Below, in pieces: positions 9,093 through 17,580 of a DNA stretch of 64,000 nucleotides. The notes beneath the pieces were generated by a model. The model was not told the DNA's origin and did no database searches. It worked only from the letters and a program-made list of their open reading frames with translations. This DNA is from an uncultured Sphingosinicella sp. GTDB lineage: Bacteria; Pseudomonadota; Alphaproteobacteria; Sphingomonadales; Sphingomonadaceae. The stretch lies in NCBI GenBank assembly GCA_902806315.1, contig CADCWD010000055.1, forward strand, positions 62,840-126,839, given 5' to 3'. How positions within the stretch are numbered: the first letter of the stretch is position 1; each line of letters opens with the position of its first letter. A program made the position numbers and the translations under genes.

Positions 9093-9839
9093 ATGTGGGG
9101 CGTGATACCGGCCGCGGGAAACGGGACGCGCATCCAGCCGCTCGCTTTCTCCAAGGAATTGCTTCCGGTCGGCGGCAGGGCGGGACCGACCGAGCGGCCC
9201 AAGGCGGTCAGCGAGTATCTGGTCGAGCGGATGACGGCGGGCGGAGCGACCAAGATCTGCTTCGTCATATCGCCGGGCAAATCCGACATCATGGAATATT
9301 ATGGCACCGGCGATGTGACGAGCGCCGAGATCGCCTATGTCGTACAGCCGCGCGCAACCGGCCTTTGCGATGCGATCTTCCGCGCCGCCCCGGTGATCCC
9401 GAAGGATGAGCCGGTGATCGTCGGCCTGCCCGATACGATCTGGTTCCCTGAGGAAGCGTTGCGGGAATTGCCCGACGACATGCTCTCCTTCCTCCTCTTC
9501 CCGGTCGAGCAGCCGCAGTTCTTCGACGCGGTGGTGACCGACGCGGCCGGCCGCGTGGAGGAAATCCAGGTCAAGACGCCGGAAGCGCGCTCCAACTGGA
9601 TCTGGGGTGCGTTCAAGATGCCGGGGCACGTATTTCATGAGCTGCACGCATTTTGGCGGGCACGGCCTGAACCCGACGAATATGTCGGCACGCTCGTGAA
9701 CGCCTGGCTGGCCCAGGGTGGCCAGGCGGTCGGCGTGAAGGCCGGCGCTTCCTATGTCGATGTCGGGACGCTCGACGGCTATCGGTCGGCGATGCAGATG
9801 CTGAGGCCTGTGCCTCAGGAAGAAACGCTCGTCGCTTAG
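9093..9839 (+). CDS. sugar-phosphate nucleotidyltransferase (NTP_transferase family)
   Basis: ATG 9093 lies 1 nt after the upstream stop. The N-terminus MWGVIPAAGNGTRIQPLAFSKELLPV contains the G-x-G-T-R pyrophosphorylase signature. Confidence 0.85.
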   Translation: MWGVIPAAGNGTRIQPLAFSKELLPVGGRAGPTERPKAVSEYLVERMTAGGATKICFVISPGKSDIMEYYGTGDVTSAEIAYVVQPRATGLCDAIFRAAPVIPKDEPVIVGLPDTIWFPEEALRELPDDMLSFLLFPVEQPQFFDAVVTDAAGRVEEIQVKTPEARSNWIWGAFKMPGHVFHELHAFWRARPEPDEYVGTLVNAWLAQGGQAVGVKAGASYVDVGTLDGYRSAMQMLRPVPQEETLVA

Positions 9840-11200
9840 CTTAAGCCGGCGGCGCGCAGATGCTCCTGCAGCCGCTCTTCCAGACGCGCCAGCGCCTCGG
9901 GGCTGCCCGCCTCGCACCGCGCCGTGAGCTTGGGCTCGGTGCCCGAGGCGCGGAGCAGCCACCAGCCGTCGGTTTCCGTGACGCGGAGGCCGTCGGTGCG
10001 GTCGATGGCGGCGCCTGACGCTTCGACGCGAGCGCCAACCGCGCTCAGCACCTCCGCCTTGCGATCGTCGGGGCAGGGGAGGCGGAGCTCGGGGGTGGCG
10101 AAGGTCGGGGGCAGGCTCTCGCGGAACTGGCGGAGCGTGCGACCGGAGCGCGAGATGGCGCGCATCGCCCGCATCGCGACGTAGAGGCCGTCATCGGCAT
10201 GGTGCCAGCGGTCCCCGAAGAAGATGTGGCCGCTCATTTCTCCCGCAAGCGGGGCGCCCTCCCGCAGCATGCGCTCGCGGACCAGGACGTAGCCGGAGGG
10301 ACCCATCACCGCACGCCCGCCCGCGGCGGCGATGCCGTCGAAGAGCGTGCGGCTCGACTTCACGTCGGCCACGATCGCGGAGCCCGGCCGCTCGGCCAGC
10401 ACGTCCCTGGCGAGGAGCAGGAGCAGCTGATCGGCCCAGACGATCGCGCCGGTTTCGTCCACCAGGCCGACACGGTCGCCGTCGCCGTCGAAGGCGAAGC
10501 CAAAGCTGCAGCCGTTCCGCCGCACGGCTTCCGAGAGCTCCTCGAGATTCTCTGGCACGGACGGGTCGGGATGGTGATTGGGAAAGCTCCCGTCGATGCG
10601 GGTGTGGAGCGTGACCGTGGCGACCGGGAGGCGCCTAGCGAGCTGCTCGACCACCTCGCCGGTTGCGCCGTTCCCGCTGTCGAACGCCACGGGGGTTGGC
10701 GGCAGCCCTTCCACCTCCGCGAGCAGGGCGTCGATATAGTCGCCAGTGAGCTCCACTTCGCGGACGGAGCCGCCCGGCGCCATCGCGGGCTCCGCCTCCC
10801 AAAGCGCACCCAGCATCTCGCCATAGACCGGGTGCCCGCCAAGCAGCAGCTTGAAGCCGTTCTGATCGGCCGGGTTGTGAGATCCGGTGACCATGATCCC
10901 GCCGTCGAGGCGAAGGCGGTTGATCGCGAAGGAGACGAGCGGGGTCGGACCGAGCGGCATGCGGGTCACGTCTATGCCGCCATCGAGCAGGCCTTCGACC
11001 AGCGCGCCCTCGAGCTCGGGCGAGCTGACGCGCCCGTCTCGCGATGTCGCGATGCGCTGCAGGCCTCGCGCTCTTGCGAGGCTGGCAAAGCGAAGCCCGA
11101 GCGAGCGGGCGTCGCCAGCGCCAAGGCCGCGCCCGACGGTGCCGCGCAGGTCGTACGACTTGCGCAGCGCCGGATTGAGCGGGAGCGAACTGCTGGCCAT
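9836..11200 (-). CDS. phosphomannomutase/phosphoglucomutase
   Basis: ORF 9836..11200. Active-site loop TGSHNPADQNGFK, metal loop FDGDGDR, and GEMSGHIFF. Confidence 0.92.
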   Translation of the reverse strand: MASSSLPLNPALRKSYDLRGTVGRGLGAGDARSLGLRFASLARARGLQRIATSRDGRVSSPELEGALVEGLLDGGIDVTRMPLGPTPLVSFAINRLRLDGGIMVTGSHNPADQNGFKLLLGGHPVYGEMLGALWEAEPAMAPGGSVREVELTGDYIDALLAEVEGLPPTPVAFDSGNGATGEVVEQLARRLPVATVTLHTRIDGSFPNHHPDPSVPENLEELSEAVRRNGCSFGFAFDGDGDRVGLVDETGAIVWADQLLLLLARDVLAERPGSAIVADVKSSRTLFDGIAAAGGRAVMGPSGYVLVRERMLREGAPLAGEMSGHIFFGDRWHHADDGLYVAMRAMRAISRSGRTLRQFRESLPPTFATPELRLPCPDDRKAEVLSAVGARVEASGAAIDRTDGLRVTETDGWWLLRASGTEPKLTARCEAGSPEALARLEERLQEHLRAAGLS

Positions 11201-11270
11201 CGAGGCGCGCCTAACGCGGTTGGGGCATGGCGGCTAGACTCGGCCGCTTGCGCCGCCTTAGGGCGGAGTG

Positions 11271-12065
11271 ATGACGGGTTCAGGCAGGATCAGGGTGGGA
11301 GTCGGCGGGTGGGACTTCGATCCCTGGCGCGGGACCTTTTTCCCGCCTGGGCTGCCGAAAGCGAAGCAGCTCGAATATGCGGGGACGCAGCTGACCGCGA
11401 CCGAGATCAACGCGACCTATTACAAGCTGCAGAAGCCGGAGCTGTTCGCCAAGTGGGCCAAGGCCGTGCCCGACGGCTTCAAGTTCGCGGTCAAGGCCTC
11501 CCGCTTTTGCACCAACCGGAAGGTGCTCGGCGAAGGCGGGGAGGGGATCGAGCGTTTCTGCGCGCAGGGGTTTACGGAGCTTGGCGACAAGCTCGGGCCG
11601 ATCCTGTGGCAGTTCATGGGGACGAAGCGGTTCGATCCGGGTGACTTCGGGGTGTTTCTGAAGCTGCTGCCAAGGACGCAGGACGGGCTTGAGCTTCAGC
11701 ACGCCGTCGAGCCGCGGCACGAGAGCTTCCGCAACCCCGAGTTCGTCGCAATGGCGCGTGCTGCCGGGGTGGCGATCGTGTTCGCGGATTCCGCTGATTA
11801 TCCGTGCATCCCGGATCTCAGCGGCGGCATCGTCTATGCGCGTTTGCAGCGTTGCATCGAGGAGGAGCCGACCGGCTATAGCGGCGAGGCGCTCGACCGC
11901 TGGGCGTTGATCGCGAAGGGCTGGTCCCGCGGCGAGAGCCCGGCCGGCTATCCCTATGCCGCCGAGGTGCCGCCGCCCCAGGCGCGTGATACCTACGTCT
12001 TCTTCATCAGCGGCGCCAAGGTGCGGGCGCCGCTTGCTGCAAGGGCCCTGATAGAACGCTTATGA
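11271..12065 (+). CDS. DUF72 (YecE-like) domain protein
   Basis: ORF 11268..12065 (GTG 11268 or ATG 11271). GVGGWDFDPWRGTFFP...LEYAGTQLTATEINATYY is typical of DUF72. Confidence 0.8.
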   Translation: MTGSGRIRVGVGGWDFDPWRGTFFPPGLPKAKQLEYAGTQLTATEINATYYKLQKPELFAKWAKAVPDGFKFAVKASRFCTNRKVLGEGGEGIERFCAQGFTELGDKLGPILWQFMGTKRFDPGDFGVFLKLLPRTQDGLELQHAVEPRHESFRNPEFVAMARAAGVAIVFADSADYPCIPDLSGGIVYARLQRCIEEEPTGYSGEALDRWALIAKGWSRGESPAGYPYAAEVPPPQARDTYVFFISGAKVRAPLAARALIERL

Positions 12066-13216
12066 ACCCGCTTTTCGCCAACCTTCCGACCTCCATCTTC
12101 GCGCATATGTCGGGCCTTGCGGCCGAGCATCGGGCGATCAATCTGGGGCAGGGCTTCCCGGATTTCGGTTGGCCGGACGATGTGCTCGACACGGCCGCGG
12201 AGGCGCTGCGCAGCGGCTCCAACCAATATGCGCCGATGCGGGGGCTGCCGGAGCTGCGAGAAGCGGTGGTCGCGCATTACGGCAAGCACCAGGGCCTCGA
12301 CATCTCTCCCGAGGAGGTGACCGTCACTTCGGGAGCGACCGAAGCGCTCGCCGCCGCCATCCTGGCGCTCGTCACGCCGGGCGACGAGGTGCTGCTCTTC
12401 CAGCCGCTTTACGACGCGTATCTTCCGCTGGTCCGGCGTGCGGGCGGCGTGCCGCGGCTCGTCCGGCTCATGCCGCCGGACTGGCGGATCACCGCCGAAG
12501 CGCTCGAGGAGGCGGTCACCGAGCGGACCCGGCTCGTCATCTTTAACAATCCGCACAATCCCACTTCCCGCCTGTTCGGAGCGGATGAGCTGCAGCTTCT
12601 CGCCGACCTCTGCATTCGGCGGGACCTTACAATTCTCTCGGACGAGGTGTGGGAGCATATCGTGTTCGATGGCGGCACGCTCCTGCCGCTCGCAGGCCTT
12701 CCTGGGATGCGGGAGCGGACGGTGAAGGTCGGCTCGGCGGGCAAGATCTTTTCGCTGACCGGCTGGAAGGTCGGGTGGATCGTCGCTCCGCCGGAGCTGT
12801 CGCTGCCGATCTCCAAGGCGCATCAATATACCACCTTCGCCACGCCGCCCAACCTCCAGTCGGCGGTCGCCTACGGGCTCGGCAAGGCGGACGCTTATTT
12901 TGACGGCATGCGGGCGAACTTCGCCGGTGCGCGCGATGCGATGGCGGCGGCGCTGGGCGAGGCGGGTTTCGTGACGCTGCCTGCGCAAGGCAGCTATTTC
13001 GTGTCGATCGACCTCGACCAGTCCGGGATCGCCGCGGACGACGTGACCTTCTGCGAGCGCGCCGTTCGCGAGGCTGGCGTGGCGGCGATACCCGTCTCCG
13101 CCTTTTACGATGCCGATCCCGCCACCAACGTCGTCCGCCTCTGCTTCGCGAAGCAGCCGGAGACGATCCGCGCGGGCGTCGAACGCCTCCAAGCCGCGAA
13201 AGCTCTTTTCCAATGA
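12062..13216 (+). CDS. class I/II pyridoxal-phosphate aminotransferase (YbdL/methionine aminotransferase-like)
   Basis: ORF 12062..13216 with a 4-nt overlap on the upstream gene. INLGQGFPDF and the PLP-lysine context SAGKIFSLTGWKVGW. Confidence 0.88.
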   Translation: MNPLFANLPTSIFAHMSGLAAEHRAINLGQGFPDFGWPDDVLDTAAEALRSGSNQYAPMRGLPELREAVVAHYGKHQGLDISPEEVTVTSGATEALAAAILALVTPGDEVLLFQPLYDAYLPLVRRAGGVPRLVRLMPPDWRITAEALEEAVTERTRLVIFNNPHNPTSRLFGADELQLLADLCIRRDLTILSDEVWEHIVFDGGTLLPLAGLPGMRERTVKVGSAGKIFSLTGWKVGWIVAPPELSLPISKAHQYTTFATPPNLQSAVAYGLGKADAYFDGMRANFAGARDAMAAALGEAGFVTLPAQGSYFVSIDLDQSGIAADDVTFCERAVREAGVAAIPVSAFYDADPATNVVRLCFAKQPETIRAGVERLQAAKALFQ

Positions 13217-14733
13217 ATGCATTCGATTCTCGCAAGGAGCTGGCCGCGCTGTGGGATCGGCTGAAGCTGCCGCCGCTCGGAGACGGCGACCTAGATGCCC
13301 GCTCGCCCATCGACGGACAGGTGATCGGGCGAGTGCGCTCCGCCTCCGCAGCGCAGGTGGAGCAGGCGATCGGCGCTGCGCACGAAGCCTTCCTGCAGTG
13401 GCGAATGGTTCCCCCGCCCCGCCGCGGCGAGCTTGTCCGCTTGTTCGGCGACGTGCTGCGCGAGGAGAAGGAAGCGCTCGGGCGTCTCGTCAGCCTGGAA
13501 GCCGGCAAGATCCTCCAGGAGGGGTTGGGAGAAGTCCAGGAGATGATCGACATCTGCGACTTCGCCGTCGGTGCCTCGCGGCAGCTTTACGGTCTCACCA
13601 TCGCGACCGAGCGGGCCGGTCACCGAATGATGGAGACGTGGCACCCGCTCGGCGTGGTGGGAGTGATCTCCGCCTTCAATTTCCCGGTCGCGGTGTGGGC
13701 GTGGAATGCGTGCCTCGCCTTTGTCTGCGGCGACAGCGTGGTGTGGAAACCGTCGGAAAAGACGCCGCTTACTGCGGTGGCGGTGCAGGCCTTGTTCGAG
13801 CGGGCGATGGAGCGGTTCGGTTCGGCTCCCGCCAATCTGTCCGTGGTGGTGCAGGGCGGGCGCGAGGCCGGCGCGGCTCTGGTCGACGATCCGCGAGTGC
13901 CGCTGGTCTCCGCAACCGGTTCCACGCGGATGGGCCGCGAAGTGGCGCCCCGGATCGCCGCGCGCTTCGGCCGCGCCTTGCTCGAGCTTGGCGGCAATAA
14001 CGGCATGATCGTCACGCCGTCTGCCGACCTGGAGCTTGCCGAGCGAGGGATCACCTTTTCCGCGGTTGGGACGGCGGGCCAGCGCTGCACGACGCTGCGG
14101 CGGCTCTTCGTCCAGGATGGCATCTACGAGCGGCTGGTGCCGCGGTTGAAGACGATCTTCGCGGGCGCTCCGGTCGGCAATCCACTGGACGGCGGCACTC
14201 TCATCGGCCCACTGATCGACGGCAGCGCTTTCGAGGGCATGGCGGCATCGCTCGCGCAGGCGGTGGAGGAGGGCGGCAGCGTCACGGGCGGGGAACGGCT
14301 CTACGGGAACAGCCTGCCCGATGCCTTCTACGTCCGCCCCGCGCTGGTCGAGATGCCGGAGCAAACGCCCGTGACCCTGCGCGAAACCTTTGCGCCCATT
14401 CTTTACGTGCTGCGCTACGACAGCTTCGAGGACGTGATCGCGCTCCACAATGCGGCGCCGCAGGGCCTCTCCTCGTCCATCTTCACCAACGACATTCGCG
14501 AGGCGGAGTTCTTCATGGGTCCGGCGGGATCCGACTGCGGCATCGTCAACGTCAATATCGGGCCTTCGGGCGCGGAGATCGGCGGCGCGTTCGGCGGCGA
14601 GAAGGAAACGGGCGGGGGCCGCGAGAGCGGCTCGGATAGCTGGCGCGCCTACATGCGGCGGGCGACCAACACGATCAACTACAGCCGCGAGCTGCCGCTC
14701 GCACAGGGCATCGACTTCACGCTTCCGAGCTAA
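13213..14733 (+). CDS. aldehyde dehydrogenase, ALDH7/piperideine-6-carboxylate dehydrogenase-like
   Basis: ORF 13213..14733 with a 4-nt overlap upstream. LELGGNNGMIV and GTAGQRCTTLRRLF (catalytic Cys context). Confidence 0.85.
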   Translation: MNAFDSRKELAALWDRLKLPPLGDGDLDARSPIDGQVIGRVRSASAAQVEQAIGAAHEAFLQWRMVPPPRRGELVRLFGDVLREEKEALGRLVSLEAGKILQEGLGEVQEMIDICDFAVGASRQLYGLTIATERAGHRMMETWHPLGVVGVISAFNFPVAVWAWNACLAFVCGDSVVWKPSEKTPLTAVAVQALFERAMERFGSAPANLSVVVQGGREAGAALVDDPRVPLVSATGSTRMGREVAPRIAARFGRALLELGGNNGMIVTPSADLELAERGITFSAVGTAGQRCTTLRRLFVQDGIYERLVPRLKTIFAGAPVGNPLDGGTLIGPLIDGSAFEGMAASLAQAVEEGGSVTGGERLYGNSLPDAFYVRPALVEMPEQTPVTLRETFAPILYVLRYDSFEDVIALHNAAPQGLSSSIFTNDIREAEFFMGPAGSDCGIVNVNIGPSGAEIGGAFGGEKETGGGRESGSDSWRAYMRRATNTINYSRELPLAQGIDFTLPS

Positions 14734-15452
14734 CGGCAGGCGCGCCACCCCATTTCGCCGCGATCCGCCTGGTCGAGGTGGAAATGGTCGCGATGCGCTG
14801 CGTTGTAATCGGGCGAGAGCACAGTCGCGAACAATTTGCACCCGCCATCGCGAACATCCCGGAGGAAGCGGGCGCGGGCCCCCTCCTTTTCCCAGTCGCG
14901 GAGAACGGAAATGCGGGTGCCGTTCTCCAGCCGGAATCCGGCGATGTCGATCGCGTTGGCCGAAGCATGCTCGCTCCACGCGCCCTGGGAACGGCCATAC
15001 ATGCGCCGGCAGCTATAGCTTCCGAAATGCTCGATTGCGGCGACCTGGGTACCGAAGTGCCGCACTGCGGCGGGCTGGACCACATGCCACTCCCACAGCG
15101 CCAGCGCGGCCGCCACAGGGCACGTCGTGCCGACATCGCGGGGAGCGAAGGCGATCTGGAGGGAGCCGCCCGGGCGGAACTTCACCGCATTCTCATAGCC
15201 GCACTGCCGGTCGGGATTGCGTGGCGGAAGGGGAGTGTATCGGATGCCGGCGCGGCCGAGCAAAGCACGGCATGTCTCGCCGCTCAGGCCGGCAAGCTTG
15301 CGCCCCGTGAAGGCCCCCACCGGCTGCGCCAGATCAAGCTCGGTCCAGGGCATGTCCTCGGGATGATTGCGCGCATAGCCCCACAGCAGCAGGCCAGAGA
15401 AGGCGAGCACTGCCAGCAACAGGGATATTCTCAGGAAGCTGAGGAAGCGCAT
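14730..15452 (-). CDS. extensin-like C-terminal domain protein (membrane anchored)
   Basis: ORF 14730..15452. N-terminal TM segment MRFLSFLRISLLLAVLAF. SYSCRRMYGRSQGAWSEHASANAIDIAGF...HRDHFHLD is typical of the bacterial extensin-like family. Confidence 0.8.
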   Translation of the reverse strand: MRFLSFLRISLLLAVLAFSGLLLWGYARNHPEDMPWTELDLAQPVGAFTGRKLAGLSGETCRALLGRAGIRYTPLPPRNPDRQCGYENAVKFRPGGSLQIAFAPRDVGTTCPVAAALALWEWHVVQPAAVRHFGTQVAAIEHFGSYSCRRMYGRSQGAWSEHASANAIDIAGFRLENGTRISVLRDWEKEGARARFLRDVRDGGCKLFATVLSPDYNAAHRDHFHLDQADRGEMGWRACR

Positions 15453-15469
15453 CGTCCCTGAAGTGACGT

Positions 15470-15498
15470 TTGAAGCTTATTAGGGTTGCAGGCATAAT
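15470..15498 (+). promoter_or_regulatory. candidate sigma70-type promoter TTGAAG-N17-CATAAT
   Basis: TTGAAG at 15470..15475, a 17-nt spacer, and CATAAT at 15493..15498, in an A/T-richer spacer about 43 nt upstream of the PMI start. Confidence 0.4.
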
Positions 15499-15540
15499 GA
15501 TCCCATCTTCAACTCGCGACGCAAGGTTATCCAAGCCGCT

Positions 15541-16449
15541 ATGACAGCCACTCGCCTGGTCGCGCACCGCGTTAAGAAGGTCTGGGGGCGGCGCGATCTG
15601 CCGCCTGCCTTTGGCAGCGTGCCGGACGATGCCGAGCCCATCGGGGAAATTCATTTCGAGGACCCGCGCGGCGGGGGTCCTGAGCTTCTTGTCAAATATC
15701 TGTTCACCGCCGAGCGGCTCTCGATCCAGGTCCACCCCGACGATGAAGCCGCACACGCGCTGGGGCATCCCCGCGGCAAGGACGAGGCTTGGTTCGTGCT
15801 TTCCGCGGAACCCGACGCGGAGATCGGGATCGGTCTTCGCCAAGTCGTGGCAAAGGAAGAACTCCGCGCGGCGGCGCTCGACGGCCGGATCGAGAATATG
15901 GTCGATTGGCGGTCGGTCGCGGCCGGCGACAGTTACTATTCCCCGGCAGGAACCGTGCACGCGATCGGGCCGGGCCTGGCGCTTATCGAAGTGCAGCAGA
16001 ATCTTGATTTGACCTACCGGCTCTACGATTATGGCCGTCCACGCGAGCTCCACCTGGACGCCGCGATCGAGGTCGCCGATGCTGCCCCTTATCAGGCGCC
16101 GCTCGAACCCTACAGGATCGATACGCGCGAAATATTGGCGGACGGTCCAGCCTTCGTCCTCGAACGCTGGCGGGGGCCTTGCTCCGGCCGCGTGGAAGCG
16201 GAGCCTTCGCGGGCGGTTTGGATCATCCCGATGAGCGGTTCAGGCACGATCGACGGGCAGCCCCTCGAAGCCGGCTCGGTCTGGCTGGTCGAAGGGAGTG
16301 CCGACCTAAGCGTCGGCGCGGGCACGGACATGCTCGTCTCCTATCCCGGCCGTGGCGTCCGGAACTTCGATGCGATCCGCTTCGATGCGACGCCCGCTCC
16401 GATCCAGCGGCGGCTTTACCGCGACGCGGCGCCCCGCAGAGCGAATTAG
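15541..16449 (+). CDS. class I mannose-6-phosphate isomerase
   Basis: ORF 15541..16449. KKVWGRRDL, SIQVHPDDEAA, GKDEAWFVL and YYSPAGTVHAIG are cupin/PMI type I motifs. Confidence 0.85.
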   Translation: MTATRLVAHRVKKVWGRRDLPPAFGSVPDDAEPIGEIHFEDPRGGGPELLVKYLFTAERLSIQVHPDDEAAHALGHPRGKDEAWFVLSAEPDAEIGIGLRQVVAKEELRAAALDGRIENMVDWRSVAAGDSYYSPAGTVHAIGPGLALIEVQQNLDLTYRLYDYGRPRELHLDAAIEVADAAPYQAPLEPYRIDTREILADGPAFVLERWRGPCSGRVEAEPSRAVWIIPMSGSGTIDGQPLEAGSVWLVEGSADLSVGAGTDMLVSYPGRGVRNFDAIRFDATPAPIQRRLYRDAAPRRAN

Positions 16450-17204
16450 GTCCGACGCGCGGTTTCGAGCCGTTCGGCCGTGACCGGATAACCGGCATCA
16501 TCCGGAATGCAGAGCCACTGTTCGCCGCTGCGCTCTTCGATCCAGGGCACAATCTTCTGAACTGGATGCCGCATCGCATCCGCGCGTGCCTCCTCGATCG
16601 AGCTCAAGCGGGCGAGCCGTTCCAGATTGCGGCGCGTGGGGAAGATGATCCGCGCTCGGCCGGCGTCCGCCTCATCGAGCACCTGGCGTGCAGTGGCCCA
16701 GAAGGTGCGCACGGCCTCGGCCTCCGCAGCGGTGGCGTCCGCTGCACCGTGCGGAGCCTCGGCCACGAAAAAGAAGGCGTCGAAGCGGCGGGCTTCCTTG
16801 AAGGTCGGGCACCAGCGGGCGAAGGGCGTAAATGCCGAAAGGTCGAGACTGAGGCCGAACGCATCGACCAATGCCGAGAAGGGAGCGCCGTCCTCCAGCT
16901 CCTGCCTGATTTGGCTCGCCAGATGGTGGTCCGGGGGAGGGATCAGCGCCGGCGCGATCCCGGTCTCCTCGATCGTCTCGCGCAGCGCGGCGATCTTCGC
17001 CGCCGCATGCTCGTCGCCGCCGCCGATCCGGTCCGCCAGCACATGGTCGTCAGGATCGATCCGCCCGCCGGGGAACACCAAAGCGCCGCCCGCAAAGGCC
17101 ATGCTCTTGGTGCGCTCCATCATCAGAAGCTCCGGCGCCCCGGTGCTGGAAGAGCGCATCAGGATCAACGTCGCGGCGGGTATGGGATCGGGCAAGTCCG
17201 ACAT
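16446..17204 (-). CDS. NUDIX hydrolase
   Basis: C-terminal 253 codons of ORF 16446..17441; the track ORF runs through the tRNA gene. ATG 17204 gives MSDLPDPIPAATLIL. Nudix box GGRIDPDD...AALRETIEETG. Confidence 0.85.
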   Translation of the reverse strand: MSDLPDPIPAATLILMRSSSTGAPELLMMERTKSMAFAGGALVFPGGRIDPDDHVLADRIGGGDEHAAAKIAALRETIEETGIAPALIPPPDHHLASQIRQELEDGAPFSALVDAFGLSLDLSAFTPFARWCPTFKEARRFDAFFFVAEAPHGAADATAAEAEAVRTFWATARQVLDEADAGRARIIFPTRRNLERLARLSSIEEARADAMRHPVQKIVPWIEERSGEQWLCIPDDAGYPVTAERLETARRT

Positions 17205-17277
17205 TGGTGCCCTACGTCGCGCCTTTGGAGCTACGAAGAGCATCCTGCAGAGCTCGGCGAAAGCGAGCGGCGCAGGA

Positions 17278-17353
17278 TGGTGGAGCTGAGGGGAATCGAA
17301 CCCCTGACCTCTGCAGTGCGATTGCAGCGCTCTCCCATCTGAGCTACAGCCCC
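17278..17353 (-). tRNA. tRNA-Ala (anticodon CGC)
   Basis: The reverse complement GGGGCTGTAGCTCAGATGGGAGAGCGCTGCAATCGCACTGCAGAGGTCAGGGGTTCGATTCCCCTCAGCTCCACCA folds as a cloverleaf. It has the G3:U70 Ala identity pair, anticodon loop ATCGCAC, and an encoded CCA. Confidence 0.95.
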
Positions 17354-17482
17354 GCGCCGTATCGGGTTCCCGCCGCAAGGGCCGGGAAACTCGCGAAGGC
17401 GCTCCCAATAGCCGCGCCATGCCTCCCGCGCAATCGGGCAAATCGCCCCGCCGCCATGCCGCCCCGGATCGGCTCTGCAGCC

Positions 17483-17508
17483 GGAACGAGCGCCGCCTCT
17501 CCGTCGTT
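17483..17508 (+). promoter_or_regulatory. EcfG-type general stress response promoter, GGAAC-N17-CGTT
   Basis: GGAAC at 17483..17487, a 17-nt spacer, and CGTT at 17505..17508. It sits 73 nt upstream of ATG 17581 in the only intergenic spacer before that gene. Confidence 0.65.
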
Positions 17509-17580
17509 GGAAAATTCGGGCCGCTTGTGCGGTTGCTCTTCGCTCGTGCGCGGCCCCGGACCAGTCAAAGGAGGATTTCG

